DNA of 62,159 nucleotides, counting the filler. It is 8 parts of 8 records of this genome, joined end to end, with 100 filler letters (N's around TTAATTAATTAA, not from the genome) between each part and the next. Parts side by side here need not be neighbours in the genome. Positions count along the whole stretch, not along the records: positions 17,475 to 23,120 come from SRR31156797_37442; positions 23,221 to 34,659 come from SRR31156797_37458; 6 more parts are not named here. The stretch is one strand, 5' to 3'. Both the position numbers and the translations under genes were made by a program. Each line of letters starts with the position of its first letter. The first letter of the stretch is position 1. Below the pieces are notes generated by a model. That model did no database searches. It worked only from the letters and a program-made list of their open reading frames with translations, and was not told where the DNA came from. Below are positions 19,577-29,774 of the stretch, in pieces.

Positions 19577-22500
19577 CTACTTGAAGTAGTTCACGCCGGA
19601 CTCGAATATCTTCATGTCAGTATTGCCGGTAATGTTCTTGGCAATGTGGTTTCCAATTCTCTCACTGTGACCCATTTTACCCAGGATGCGTCCGTCGGCG
19701 CTGGTGATGCCCTCGATGGCGTAGATGGAGCCGTTGGGGTTGAAGGCGCCGTCATAGGTGGCATTACCCTGGTCATCCATGTACTGGGTGGCGATCTGTC
19801 CGTTTTCGATCAGGGTCTTGAGCACCTCTTCACCTGCGTAGAAACGGCCCTCTCCATGGGAAAGCGCGGTTTCATGAACATCCCCGAGGCTCGTACCGGC
19901 AAGCCAGGGAGAGAGGTTGGACGTTACCTTTGTTTTTGCGTACCTGGCGATGTGCCGCCCGATTTTGTTGTAGGTCAGTGTGGGGGAGGTCTCATCCAGG
20001 GTCCTGATTTCACCATAGGGCAAAAGGCCGAGTTTGACAAGGGCCTGGAAACCGTTACAGATACCGAGCATCAGGCCGTCCTTCTCTTTGAGCATGTAAT
20101 GGACGGCATCCTTGACCTTTTGATTCTTGAAAATGGAAGAGATGAATTTACCGGACCCCTCGGGCTCGTCTCCCGCGCTGAAACCGCCGGGAAGTGCGAT
20201 GATCTGGGCGTCCTTGATCTTTCCGGACAAAAGGTCGATGGACTCTTCGACCCAGGCGGCCTCGAGGTTCCTGAAGACAACCACCTCCACGTCGGCACCG
20301 GCGTTGGTGAATGCCCGCTGGGTGTCGATCTCACAGTTCGTTCCCGGGAAGGCGGGAATGATCACCTTGGGACGGGCCACCCGGTTTTTGGCAATATGGA
20401 TATTCTTGGCGTCGTACCGGATGTTTTCGATGGGGCCTTCATGGTCCTGCTTAATCTCGAATATGGAATCCAGGGGCGCTTCCCAGGCCTTGACCAGTTC
20501 ATCGAGGTCCAGTGTCATATCCCGGTACGCGATGGTCTCCTTGTCCGTCACCGTGCCAACCGCGATGTACGGCGTGGTGAAGAGGTCCCCCAGGTCGGCG
20601 GTGGCATTGACTTCCAGTAGGATGGAACCGATGGCTTCCTCTTTCAGAAGCGCTTCTTCGACATCCCCATTGATGGAGATGCCCAGCTTGTTGCCGAAGC
20701 ACATTTTTGAGATGGCCGCGACACAACCGCCTTTGCCAACGGTGTGGGCCGCCTGGACATGTCCCCCGGAGATGAGTTTTGTCACAAGGTCGTATTTTGC
20801 CTTGAGATCATCGAAATCCACCACCTCGTTGTCGTTTCTCTCCGACTTCACAAGCACCACCCGGGAACCGGCCTTTTTGAATTCCGGTGAGATCACCTTG
20901 TCCAGGTTAACGGCTTCCACGGCAAAGGAGATCAGTGTGGGAGGCACATCCAGATCCTTGAAGGTTCCGGACATGGAGTCCTTGCCGCCGATGGCGCCGA
21001 TTTTGAACTCCTTCTGGGCCCGGTATGCCCCGAGGATCGCGGCAAAGGGTTTTCCCCAGCGCAGCGCCTCGCCCCTCAGGCGCTCAAAATACTCCTGGAA
21101 GGACAGGTAGATGTCCTGGTAGTTGCCACCCATGGCAACGACCCTGGCAACACTCTCCACAACGGCGTACATGCCGCCGTGGAAGGGGGACCAGACGGCC
21201 ATGCCGGGGTTGTAGCCGTGGGTCATGAGGGTGCCGGTGTTTGTGTCCTTGCCCTCCACGGGGATCTTTGCCGCCATGCCTTCGGTGGGTGTCCGGTAGG
21301 TTTCACCGCCGAATGGCATCAGGGCCGAACCGGCGCCCACGGTGCTGTCAAAGAGCTCCACAAGCCCCTTCTGGCTGGCGCAGTTGAGGTCCTGGAGGGT
21401 TTCGACCCACGCGGTTTTCAGGTCCCTGCCCGCTTCCCTTTTAAACCAGCTGCCGGCCGGTTCGGGGGAGGCCACTTCCACCTTTGTTTTCTGGCTCACG
21501 CCGTTTGAATCCAGGAACTCCCTTGAGATGTCAAGGATCATCTTTCCCCGCCACTGGATCCTCAACCGGCCGCTGTCGGTGATGTTTGCAACCAGGGTGG
21601 CTTCGAGGTTTTCATCATTGGCAAGCCGGATGAATTCTTCAGCGTTTTCTTTTCTGACGACAACGGCCATGCGCTCCTGGGACTCGGAAATGGCAAGCTC
21701 GGTGCCGTCGAGGCCGTCATATTTTTTCTTGACGTTGTCCAGGGAGATATCGATGCTGTCGGCAAGCTCGCCCACGGCAACGGCCACCCCGCCCGCGCCA
21801 AAGTCGTTGCAGCGGATGATCATGCGGGAGACGGTCTCGTTCCGGAACAATCGCTGGATTTTTCTCTCCTCGGGGGCGTTCCCCTTCTGCACTTCCGCAC
21901 CGCAGGTGGTCAGGGACTCTTCCGTATGCTCCTTACTGGAGCCGGTGGCGCCGCCGCAACCGTCCCTGCCGGTCCGGCCGCCCACAAGGATCACCACGTC
22001 ACCGGGTTCGGGCACCTCACGAATCACCTGGTCCTTGGGGGTTGCCGCGATCACTGCCCCCACTTCCATGCGCTTGGCAAGGAAACGGTCATGGTAATAC
22101 TCCTTGACGTATCCCGTGCTCACGCCGATCTGGTTGCCGTAGGAGCTGTAACCATGGGCCGCCCGCCTGCAAATGGTTCTCTGGGGCAGTTTGCCGGAAA
22201 GGGTCTCCTCATAGGGGGTACGGGGATCCGCGGCCCCGGTGATCCGCATGGCCTGATACACATAGGACCTGCCGGACAGGGGATCCCGGATGGCGCCGCC
22301 CAGGCAGGTGGCCGCCCCGCCGAAGGGCTCTATCTCCGTGGGATGGTTGTGGGTCTCGTTCTTGAACATAACAAGGTAGGGAACCTTTTTGCCGTCCACG
22401 TCCACATCCACATTGATGCTGCACGCATTGATCTCTTCACTGACATCGATATCCTTGAGATAACCGTCTTTCTTCAGGGATTTGGAGGCAATGGTGCCAA

Positions 22501-23120
22501 GGTCCATGAGGGTCTCTTTTTTATCCCTGCCGTTATAGAGGGCTTTCCGGTCTTCCCGGTAGAGATCGTAGGTCTTCCGCATCTCATCGGCATAGGCCCC
22601 GTCATGGATCTTCACCTCTTCGATCTCGGTCATGAACGTGGTATGCCTGCAGTGGTCCGACCAGTAGGTGTCAATGGCCTTCATTTCCGTAACAGTGGGG
22701 TTCCGGTGCTCGGTGTTCTTGAAATAGTCCTGGCAGGAAAGAATATCCCCCATGCCCATGGCAAACCCCTGGGCCTCCTTGAACGCCTTCAGCTCCGCTT
22801 CGGAATAGTCCGTGAACCCGTCAAAAGCCATCACATCATCGGGAACCGCCGCATCCATCTCAATGGATTCGGGAAGGGCCAGGTCCAACTCACAGGACTC
22901 CACAACATTAATCAGGTGGCCCTTGATTTTTTCCCTGTCCCCTTCGGAGACATTACCGTTAATGGCGATCACCTTGGATGCCTTGATAAGCGGACGTTCC
23001 TTGGCTGTCAGCAGCTGGACGCACTGCATGGCGGAATCGGCCCGCTGATCGAACTGGCCGGGAAGCAGCCCCATCCTGAACACGAAATCGGCATTGATAA
23101 ACCGGCCCTCGTCTTCATAA
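19577..23120 (-). CDS. purL: Large single-chain FGAM synthase, 5'-truncated
   Basis: WSDHCRH, ETHNHPT and ESQERM plus fused glutaminase (FPGTNC, GGFS, GICNGFQ, MGHSER). Confidence 0.96.
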
Positions 23121-23220
23121 NNNNNNNNNNNNNNNNNNNNNNNNNNNNNNNNNNNNNNNNNNNNTTAATTAATTAANNNNNNNNNNNNNNNNNNNNNNNN
23201 NNNNNNNNNNNNNNNNNNNN
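23121..23220. other. Artificial contig spacer
   Basis: N run with TTAATTAATTAA. Confidence 0.99.
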
Positions 23221-23249
23221 ACCGAGGGTTCGAATCCCTCTCTCTCCGC
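23221..23249 (+). tRNA. 3' end of a tRNA (probably tRNA-Ser), truncated by contig edge
   Basis: GAGGG-TTCGAAT-CCCTC T-arm followed by TCTCTCCG acceptor strand and G discriminator. Confidence 0.8.
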
Positions 23250-23317
23250 TAATTTTGAATACTAACAATAATTAATAGAATAGAAACAAATTTAATTTTT
23301 AATCAACAAAGTAAACC

Positions 23318-24148
23318 ATGAAAAAATTATTTGCTTTTTTGACAATCGTTGTAATGATGTCCTTAGGCTTTGCCACTTCTGCAATTGCGCAGGATGGAGC
23401 TAACCCGGATGAGATGGGTCAAACAGATACTACCGCAATGGTAGAAGACAGCGCAGCCCAGGTGGCCGACGTTCCACCAACAACACTTGAGGAGCAGCCT
23501 GAAGAGCCTAAAGATTTCCAGCAAATATTGAAAGAAAAATTCATCGAAGGTGACTGGAAATTTATGGGTATCGTATTGCTAACACTGATTTTTGGTTTGG
23601 CACTGGCGATCGAAAGAATTATCTACCTCAACCTTTCAACAACCAACACGTCAAAACTACTCAACAAAGTTGAAGCTGCTCTGGAAACAGGTGGTGTGGA
23701 AAAAGCCAAGGAAGTGTGTAAAAACACCCGTGGCCCCGTTGCCGGTATTTTCTACCAGGGTCTCGACAGGTATAATGAAGGACTTGAAGTAGTTGAAAAA
23801 TCAATTGTTGGTTACGGTAGCGTTTTGATGGGCCGTCTTGAATCAGGCCTTTCATGGATTGCTCTGTTTATTGCACTTGCTCCGATGCTCGGATTTATGG
23901 GTACTGTTATTGGTATGATCCAGGCCTTTGATGATATCGCGGCTGCAGGTGACATTTCTCCAACCATTGTTGCTTCTGGTATTAAAGTAGCGCTGCTTAC
24001 AACCGTATTCGGTCTGATCGTAGCGATTATTTTGCAGATCTTCAACAACTATATCGTATCTAAAATCGATAGCCTTGTGAACAACATGGAAGACAGCTCC
24101 ATTTCGTTCATCGACATTCTTACAAAATACAAAGCATCTAACAAATAA
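23318..24148 (+). CDS. exbB: MotA/TolQ/ExbB proton channel protein
   Basis: APMLGFMGTVIGMI and GIKVALLTTVFGL TM motifs. Confidence 0.93.
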   Translation: MKKLFAFLTIVVMMSLGFATSAIAQDGANPDEMGQTDTTAMVEDSAAQVADVPPTTLEEQPEEPKDFQQILKEKFIEGDWKFMGIVLLTLIFGLALAIERIIYLNLSTTNTSKLLNKVEAALETGGVEKAKEVCKNTRGPVAGIFYQGLDRYNEGLEVVEKSIVGYGSVLMGRLESGLSWIALFIALAPMLGFMGTVIGMIQAFDDIAAAGDISPTIVASGIKVALLTTVFGLIVAIILQIFNNYIVSKIDSLVNNMEDSSISFIDILTKYKASNK

Positions 24149-24162
24149 GAAAAAGCACACCA

Positions 24163-24585
24163 ATGAAAGATAGAACAGCAACCATACTCAGGATTTTTCT
24201 TGCAGTTCTGCTGGTAATTTCAGCCGTGTTGTTTGTAATATTTTACTCCCAGGGTGAAAGTTTTACAGACACTGTGATGGTTTGGGCTTATATTTTACTT
24301 GGCATTACTGTAGTAATTACTATTTTGTTCCCGATATTTTTCTTCATCACCAACCCAAAGAAAGGCCTGACCGTTCTGATCGGATTGGCCGGATTTGCAC
24401 TTTTGTATGCCATTGCGCATTTTTCGCTGGCATCAGGAGCAACCCCAGGTGATGTTTATGAAAAATTTGACATTAACGAGTTAACTTCAAAATTTATCGG
24501 GTCAATCTTATACATGACCTATATTTTAGGCGGAATAGCAATACTTTCAATTTTTTATGCAGGTATTTCCAGTTTATTTAAATAA
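24163..24585 (+). CDS. Conserved 4-TM protein of Bacteroidota exbB-exbD operons
   Basis: Four hydrophobic segments; located between exbB and exbD. Confidence 0.8.
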   Translation: MKDRTATILRIFLAVLLVISAVLFVIFYSQGESFTDTVMVWAYILLGITVVITILFPIFFFITNPKKGLTVLIGLAGFALLYAIAHFSLASGATPGDVYEKFDINELTSKFIGSILYMTYILGGIAILSIFYAGISSLFK

Positions 24586-24599
24586 AAAGGAATATCTAT

Positions 24600-25178
24600 A
24601 TGGCTAAAAGACAAACACCAGAAATAAACGCAGGTTCGATGGCTGACATCGCCTTCCTGTTGCTGATATTCTTCCTGGTGACAACAACCATGGATGTGGA
24701 TACAGGTATCAGCCGGAAGTTGCCACCGCCACCAACCGGCGAAGAGGACGAATCTGATATCAACCAGCGGAATATTTTTACTATTTTGATCAATAGTAGG
24801 GATAAACTGCTTGTTGAGAACAAACCCGGAAATATCCAAATGCTGCGAAGCATGACAAAGGAATTTATGACCAATCCCCAGAACAGGGAAGATTTGCCGG
24901 AGATGACAATGAAAAATATTAAAGGAATCGGCAATGTGAGGGTGCCCGCAAAAAGTGCGGTAATTTCTTTGAAAAATGACCGGGGAACTTCTTATAAAAT
25001 GTACATAGCTGTTCAAAATGAGTTGACAGCTGCGGTAAATGAGCTCAGGGATGATTTATCTATGCAGAAGTTCGGCAAGAAATATAGCGAGCTTGATGAA
25101 GATAGAAGCAAGGCAATTCAAAAAGCGCTTCCTGTTCCAATCTCTGAGGCTGAACCAGAAGATATAGGAGGAAATTAA
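24600..25178 (+). CDS. exbD: ExbD/TolR family protein
   Basis: INAGSMADIAFLLLIFFLV motif. Confidence 0.92.
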   Translation: MAKRQTPEINAGSMADIAFLLLIFFLVTTTMDVDTGISRKLPPPPTGEEDESDINQRNIFTILINSRDKLLVENKPGNIQMLRSMTKEFMTNPQNREDLPEMTMKNIKGIGNVRVPAKSAVISLKNDRGTSYKMYIAVQNELTAAVNELRDDLSMQKFGKKYSELDEDRSKAIQKALPVPISEAEPEDIGGN

Positions 25179-25180
25179 TT

Positions 25181-25663
25181 ATGTCAAGATTTAAAAGAAA
25201 TAAAAAATCAGGCGTACAATCCATCAATACATCGTCACTTCCGGACATTATCTTCATGCTGCTTTTCTTCTTTATGGTTACAACCGTAATGCGTGAAGTT
25301 ACACTGATCGTGAAGATTCTTCCACCTGAAGCTACCGAAGTTCAAAAACTCGAGCGAAAATCACTTGTAAGTTACATCTATATTGGTGAACCCAAAAAAT
25401 CAAGTTTATTTGGTTCAAAGCCAAGGATCCAGCTTAATGACCAATTCGCGGATGTAAGCGATATCCAGGCATTTGTAACTTCGGAACGTCAGTCACGTGA
25501 TGAGGTAGACAGGAAATTTATCACCACTTCACTCAAGGTTGACCAGGATATTCAGATGGGTATTGTGACTGATGTGAAACAGGAACTTAGAAAATCAGGA
25601 GCTTTCAAGATTAATTATTCCACACGTAAAGTGGGAGACATTAATTTTGCTAAATTATATTGA
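25181..25663 (+). CDS. exbD: ExbD/TolR family protein
   Basis: SSLPDIIFMLLFFFMV motif. Confidence 0.92.
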   Translation: MSRFKRNKKSGVQSINTSSLPDIIFMLLFFFMVTTVMREVTLIVKILPPEATEVQKLERKSLVSYIYIGEPKKSSLFGSKPRIQLNDQFADVSDIQAFVTSERQSRDEVDRKFITTSLKVDQDIQMGIVTDVKQELRKSGAFKINYSTRKVGDINFAKLY

Positions 25664-25690
25664 TTTTTTGTTTTTATGGTTAATAGGTTG

Positions 25691-25724
25691 GAAGGAGCGC
25701 TGCTTAGTGCTCCTTTCTTTTTTT
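25691..25724 (+). terminator. Rho-independent terminator
   Basis: AAGGAGCGCT-GCTT-AGTGCTCCTT hairpin followed by a T run. Confidence 0.75.
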
Positions 25725-25789
25725 CCTCCCTTTTTATTATCACATCCTCTTCTTCATTAATAATCAAACACTTTGAATAACTAACTGAT

Positions 25790-26029
25790 TTGTTAGTTAC
25801 ATTTTTGTTAGTTAGAGTTTTGATGGGAGAAGATCAACTAAGCTCAAAGGACACTATAAAGAAATACTCCTTAGGCACATCAGCCAATATATCACGCACC
25901 AAAGGAGCATTAATCGAAAAAGAAATAATCGACCATCTGGAAGGAAATATCTACATTCTCGACCCTATTTACAAAGCCTGGCTGGATCGTGTATATTTCA
26001 AAAAGGAAAAACTGGTCCTGTCTGAATAA
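25790..26029 (+). pseudogene. Orphan C-terminal fragment of a Bacteroidota AAA-type ATPase
   Basis: 'KKYSLGTSANISRTKGALIEKEIID...DPIYKAWL' resembles the winged-helix tail of these ATPases; no Walker motifs and no good start. Confidence 0.55.
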
Positions 26030-26031
26030 AC

Positions 26032-27792
26032 CTACTCTTTAGCTAGTTTAAGAGCAAGGCCCAACTCATCCAGTTGATCTTCAGCAATAACAGATGGTGA
26101 ATCGATCATCACATCACGGCCTGCATTATTTTTGGGGAAAGCAATGAAATCACGGATGGAATCTGAACCTCCAAACAAGGAAACCAGCCTGTCGAAACCA
26201 AGGGCGATGCCACCATGTGGTGGAGCACCATATTCGAAAGCATTCATCAGAAAGCCAAACTGAGCCTGTGCTTCTTCATCAGTAAAGCCAAGTACTTCAA
26301 ACATTTTACCCTGAAGCTGCTTATTGTGAATCCGGATGGAACCCCCACCAATTTCAACACCATTGATCACCAGGTCGTAGGCATTGGCCCTAATCTTGCC
26401 GGGGTCGGAGTTCAGATAATCAACATCTTCTGTTTTTGGCGAAGTAAAAGGATGGTGCATGGCATAAAACCTTTGTGTATCATCATCCCATTCAAGCAGT
26501 GGGAAATCAACAACCCACAATGGGGCAAACTCTTCAGGGTTTCGGAGCCCTAAACGGTTGCCCATCTCAAGCCGAAGTTCATTGAGGGCTTTGCGTGTTT
26601 TATTGGCCTCTCCGGCAAGCACCAAAATCAGGTCGCCCGGTTTAGCATCAAATTTTGAAGCCCAGGCTTTAAAATCATCCTGACTAAAGAATTTATCTAC
26701 AGATGATTTAAATGAACCATCGTCATTACATTTAACATAAACCAAACCCCTGGCACCGATTTGCGGTTTCTTGACAAAATCAGTCAATTTATCAAGGTCT
26801 TTCCTTGAGTAGGCACCACAGCCTTCGGCATTGATACCAACCACAAGTTCAGCATCATCAAAAACTTTGAAACCTTTATTTTGAGCAACGTCATTCAATT
26901 TTACAAACTGCATCCCAAAACGGATATCGGGTTTGTCGCTACCATAAAATTTCATGGCTTCATCGTAGGGCATACGCGGAAAATCATAATCGAATTCCAC
27001 ATTTTTCACCAACTTGAAAAGGTGTTTTGTCATGCCTTCAAATGTGGTAAGTATATCATCCTGTTCAACAAATGACATCTCACAATCGATTTGCGTAAAT
27101 TCCGGCTGACGGTCAGCACGAAGATCCTCATCACGGAAACATTTTACAATCTGAAAATAGCGGTCGTAACCTGCCACCATCAAAAGTTGCTTAAAAGTTT
27201 GCGGGGATTGCGGCAACGCATAAAACTGACCCTGGTGCATCCGGGAAGGAACCACAAAATCACGGGCCCCTTCAGGTGTGGATTTAATCAAAACCGGGGT
27301 TTCGATCTCCATAAAGTCAACGCTATCGAGATACTTGCGGGTTTCGGTTGCCATGCGGTGGCGCAACTCCAGGTTTTTCTTTACGGGGTTACGGCGCAAA
27401 TCGATATAACGATATTTCATCCTGAGTTCTTCACCGCCGTCGGTTTCATCCTCAATGGTAAAAGGTGGGAGTATTGATTCGTTAAGGACTTCAAGCGATT
27501 TCAATTTGATTTCAATGTCTCCGGTAGGCAGATTTGGGTTTTTGGCAACCCGTTCGATAACCTCTCCACCAGCCTTTACAACAAACTCGCGGCCTAACTT
27601 TTCAGCAAGGGTAATGATTTTTGCATTGGTTACACCTTCTTCAAGCACCAGCTGGGTAATGCCATATCTATCGCGCAGGTCAATCCAGATCAGGCCACCC
27701 TTATTTCTTACGCGTTGTACCCAGCCTGTTAGCGTTACATTTTCTCCAATATGTTGCGATCTCAGTTCTCCGCAGGTATGTGTTCTCAACAT
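26032..27792 (-). CDS. aspS: Aspartate--tRNA ligase
   Basis: [35 protein letters not shown] and [12 protein letters not shown]. Confidence 0.98.
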   Translation of the reverse strand: MLRTHTCGELRSQHIGENVTLTGWVQRVRNKGGLIWIDLRDRYGITQLVLEEGVTNAKIITLAEKLGREFVVKAGGEVIERVAKNPNLPTGDIEIKLKSLEVLNESILPPFTIEDETDGGEELRMKYRYIDLRRNPVKKNLELRHRMATETRKYLDSVDFMEIETPVLIKSTPEGARDFVVPSRMHQGQFYALPQSPQTFKQLLMVAGYDRYFQIVKCFRDEDLRADRQPEFTQIDCEMSFVEQDDILTTFEGMTKHLFKLVKNVEFDYDFPRMPYDEAMKFYGSDKPDIRFGMQFVKLNDVAQNKGFKVFDDAELVVGINAEGCGAYSRKDLDKLTDFVKKPQIGARGLVYVKCNDDGSFKSSVDKFFSQDDFKAWASKFDAKPGDLILVLAGEANKTRKALNELRLEMGNRLGLRNPEEFAPLWVVDFPLLEWDDDTQRFYAMHHPFTSPKTEDVDYLNSDPGKIRANAYDLVINGVEIGGGSIRIHNKQLQGKMFEVLGFTDEEAQAQFGFLMNAFEYGAPPHGGIALGFDRLVSLFGGSDSIRDFIAFPKNNAGRDVMIDSPSVIAEDQLDELGLALKLAKE

Positions 27793-27940
27793 GATTTGAT
27801 TGTTTTTGTGAATGAGGCGGCGAAAATATAAAAAAGCATCCATTTTAGCTGACTAACCTTGCCCGGATGAACATCTTTAATCAAAATTTAATGGATCAGG
27901 GAATTAACCTAAATTTGTTGATTATTAAAGGAAAGTATAA

Positions 27941-28393
27941 ATGGCATATTTTGAAATCGGTATCTATTATCCCAAAACAGCCGCCAATGTTGGTACCTTA
28001 TGGAGGACTGCCTACCAGCTTGGAGCATCAGGTGTGTTCACCATCGGTAAGCGTTATAAAAACCAGGCCAGCGATCCTTTTAAAGTTCCCCGGCACATCC
28101 CCTTGAGAAATTACCCTGATTTTGATGCTTTTCTGGAAAACAGGCCGTTGGGGTCATTGCTCATCGCCATTGAAGAAAACGGCACTTTATTATCCGGTTT
28201 CGATCATCCGCCCCAGGCAATTTATTTGCTGGGTGCAGAGGATTTTGGACTGCCAAATAATGTACTTGAAAAATGCCAGGCAACCGTTTCGCTTGAAGCC
28301 ATGATAAAACCGTCGTTTAATGTTGCCATAGCAGGAAGCATTGTGATGTACGACCGTGTTTTTGGAAACAAGGTGAAATATCCTGACAAGTAA
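27941..28393 (+). CDS. SpoU/TrmH family RNA methyltransferase
   Basis: NVGTLWRT, LLGAEDFGL and SFNVAIAGSIVMY; TAAATTTG Bacteroidota -7 box at 27910-27917. Confidence 0.88.
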   Translation: MAYFEIGIYYPKTAANVGTLWRTAYQLGASGVFTIGKRYKNQASDPFKVPRHIPLRNYPDFDAFLENRPLGSLLIAIEENGTLLSGFDHPPQAIYLLGAEDFGLPNNVLEKCQATVSLEAMIKPSFNVAIAGSIVMYDRVFGNKVKYPDK

Positions 28394-28408
28394 ATTCCAA
28401 CATCCATT

Positions 28409-29338
28409 TTGAAAGATAAAACCCAAATATCAGGTTGGATCAAACAAAAAGCCCGTGAACTGGGATTTGATCATTGTGGAATTGCCCGGGCGGAATTCCT
28501 GGAAGAGGAAGCTCCGGTTTTTGAAAAATGGTTAAATGCCGGGATGCACGGAAAAATGGTTTACATGGAAAACCATTTCGATAAAAGGCTGGACCCACGC
28601 AAACTGCTCGACGGCGCAAAATCAGTGATCATTTTTCTGAAAAATTATTCCCCCGAAAAAACGCTTCCTGAAAAAGATAATTATATCCTCTCCAAATACG
28701 CTTATGGCAAGGATTACCATTTTGTGATCAAGGATAACCTTAAGATACTCATTGAGGAATTGAAACATGAAGTTGGTGAAATTTCGGCCAGGCCTTTTGT
28801 GGATTCTGCACCAGTGCTGGAAAGAGCATGGGCACAGCGGGCCGGACTGGGATGGATCGGGAAAAATGCAAATTTCATTGTCCCCAGGGAAGGATCTTTC
28901 GTTTTTATTTCCGAAATCATCACCGACCTGGAACTGGATTATGACCCGCCCAAAATAAATGACCTTTGCGGTGCCTGTCGCAACTGCATCGATGCCTGCC
29001 CCACACAGGCTATCATGGCCCCGGGAGTTATCGATTCGAGAAACTGCATTTCTTACCTGACCATAGAGCTGAGAGATGAAATACCACAAGAATTCAAAGG
29101 GCAATTTAAGGATCGTGTATTTGGTTGTGATATCTGCCAGGATGTTTGTCCCTGGACACGTTTTGCCAAAGCACATCAGGAAGAGCAATTCAACCCTAAA
29201 CCAGAACTGCAAAAAATGAAAAAGCAGGATTGGGAAAATCTGGACCGTGACACGTTTAATGGGATTTTTAGGAATTCGGCAGTAAAACGTACGAAGTTTG
29301 AGGGGTTGATGAGGAATGTGAGGTTTTTGGAGAAGTGA
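28409..29338 (+). CDS. queG: Epoxyqueuosine reductase
   Basis: YAYGKDYH, VDSAPVLER, CGACRNCIDACPT and GCDICQDVCPW. Confidence 0.96.
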   Translation: MKDKTQISGWIKQKARELGFDHCGIARAEFLEEEAPVFEKWLNAGMHGKMVYMENHFDKRLDPRKLLDGAKSVIIFLKNYSPEKTLPEKDNYILSKYAYGKDYHFVIKDNLKILIEELKHEVGEISARPFVDSAPVLERAWAQRAGLGWIGKNANFIVPREGSFVFISEIITDLELDYDPPKINDLCGACRNCIDACPTQAIMAPGVIDSRNCISYLTIELRDEIPQEFKGQFKDRVFGCDICQDVCPWTRFAKAHQEEQFNPKPELQKMKKQDWENLDRDTFNGIFRNSAVKRTKFEGLMRNVRFLEK

Positions 29339-29354
29339 TGAGTTGGTAAGTGGA

Positions 29355-29444
29355 GCGACTGAAGCGAATGTAGAGACTTGCGAGAACGAAGGGACTTAAG
29401 CGAAGGAGGCGGCTTTAGAGACTGAAGAGACTATAGCGAAAATG
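29355..29444 (+). repeat. Degenerate 9-bp tandem repeat, 10 units
   Basis: GCGACTGAA GCGAATGTA GAGACTTGC GAGAACGAA GGGACTTAA GCGAAGGAG GCGGCTTTA GAGACTGAA GAGACTATA GCGAAAATG. Confidence 0.8.
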
Positions 29445-29473
29445 GTAACATAATGATCAATATCAATGACAAC

Positions 29474-29643
29474 AAATTACGTACGAAGTGCAAATTACGC
29501 CTAGCATAGCAAGGTAAATGACGTGCAAAGCACCAATGACGCTAAGCACAGCGAAGCAAATTACGTTCGAACGAAGTGAGAACAAATTACACCCAGAAGG
29601 CAAATTACGCCCGCAGGGCAAATTACACCGACCGCAGGGAGGC
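29474..29643 (+). repeat. Array of 8 conserved linker + variable mini-hairpin units
   Basis: Linkers AAATTAC/AAATGAC/CAATGAC at 29474, 29492, 29516, 29534, 29558, 29584, 29602 and 29620, each followed by an 11-19-nt hairpin. Confidence 0.88.
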
Positions 29644-29654
29644 ATTTCCACACA

Positions 29655-29721
29655 TTAACTTTTCCTTAACCTTTGTTAACCGCCCATTAACTATATTCCG
29701 ACACCAACCGATATAGTTTTG
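29655..29721 (+). promoter_or_regulatory. Phased TTAAC repeats and Bacteroidota -7 promoter box
   Basis: TTAAC at 29655, 29666, 29676 and 29687; TAGTTTTG at 29714-29721. Confidence 0.55.
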
Positions 29722-29774
29722 CATCATCACGAAAATACATTTAACAAACACAAAATATCCAAGGAGGAAATCTC

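Noticed and set aside
19307-23176. Long plus-strand ORFs (437, 327, 251, 416 aa) opposite purL
   Set aside because: Antisense shadow ORFs caused by GC-rich codon bias, with no protein motifs.
29474-29643. Possible CRISPR array
   Set aside because: Repeats are only 7 nt, spacers are 11-19 nt and self-complementary, and no cas genes are present.
29463-29651. 62-aa minus-strand ORF with repeated CNL/VIC motifs
   Set aside because: It is a by-product of the linker-hairpin array: the motif changes frame at the 26-nt unit and there is no RBS.
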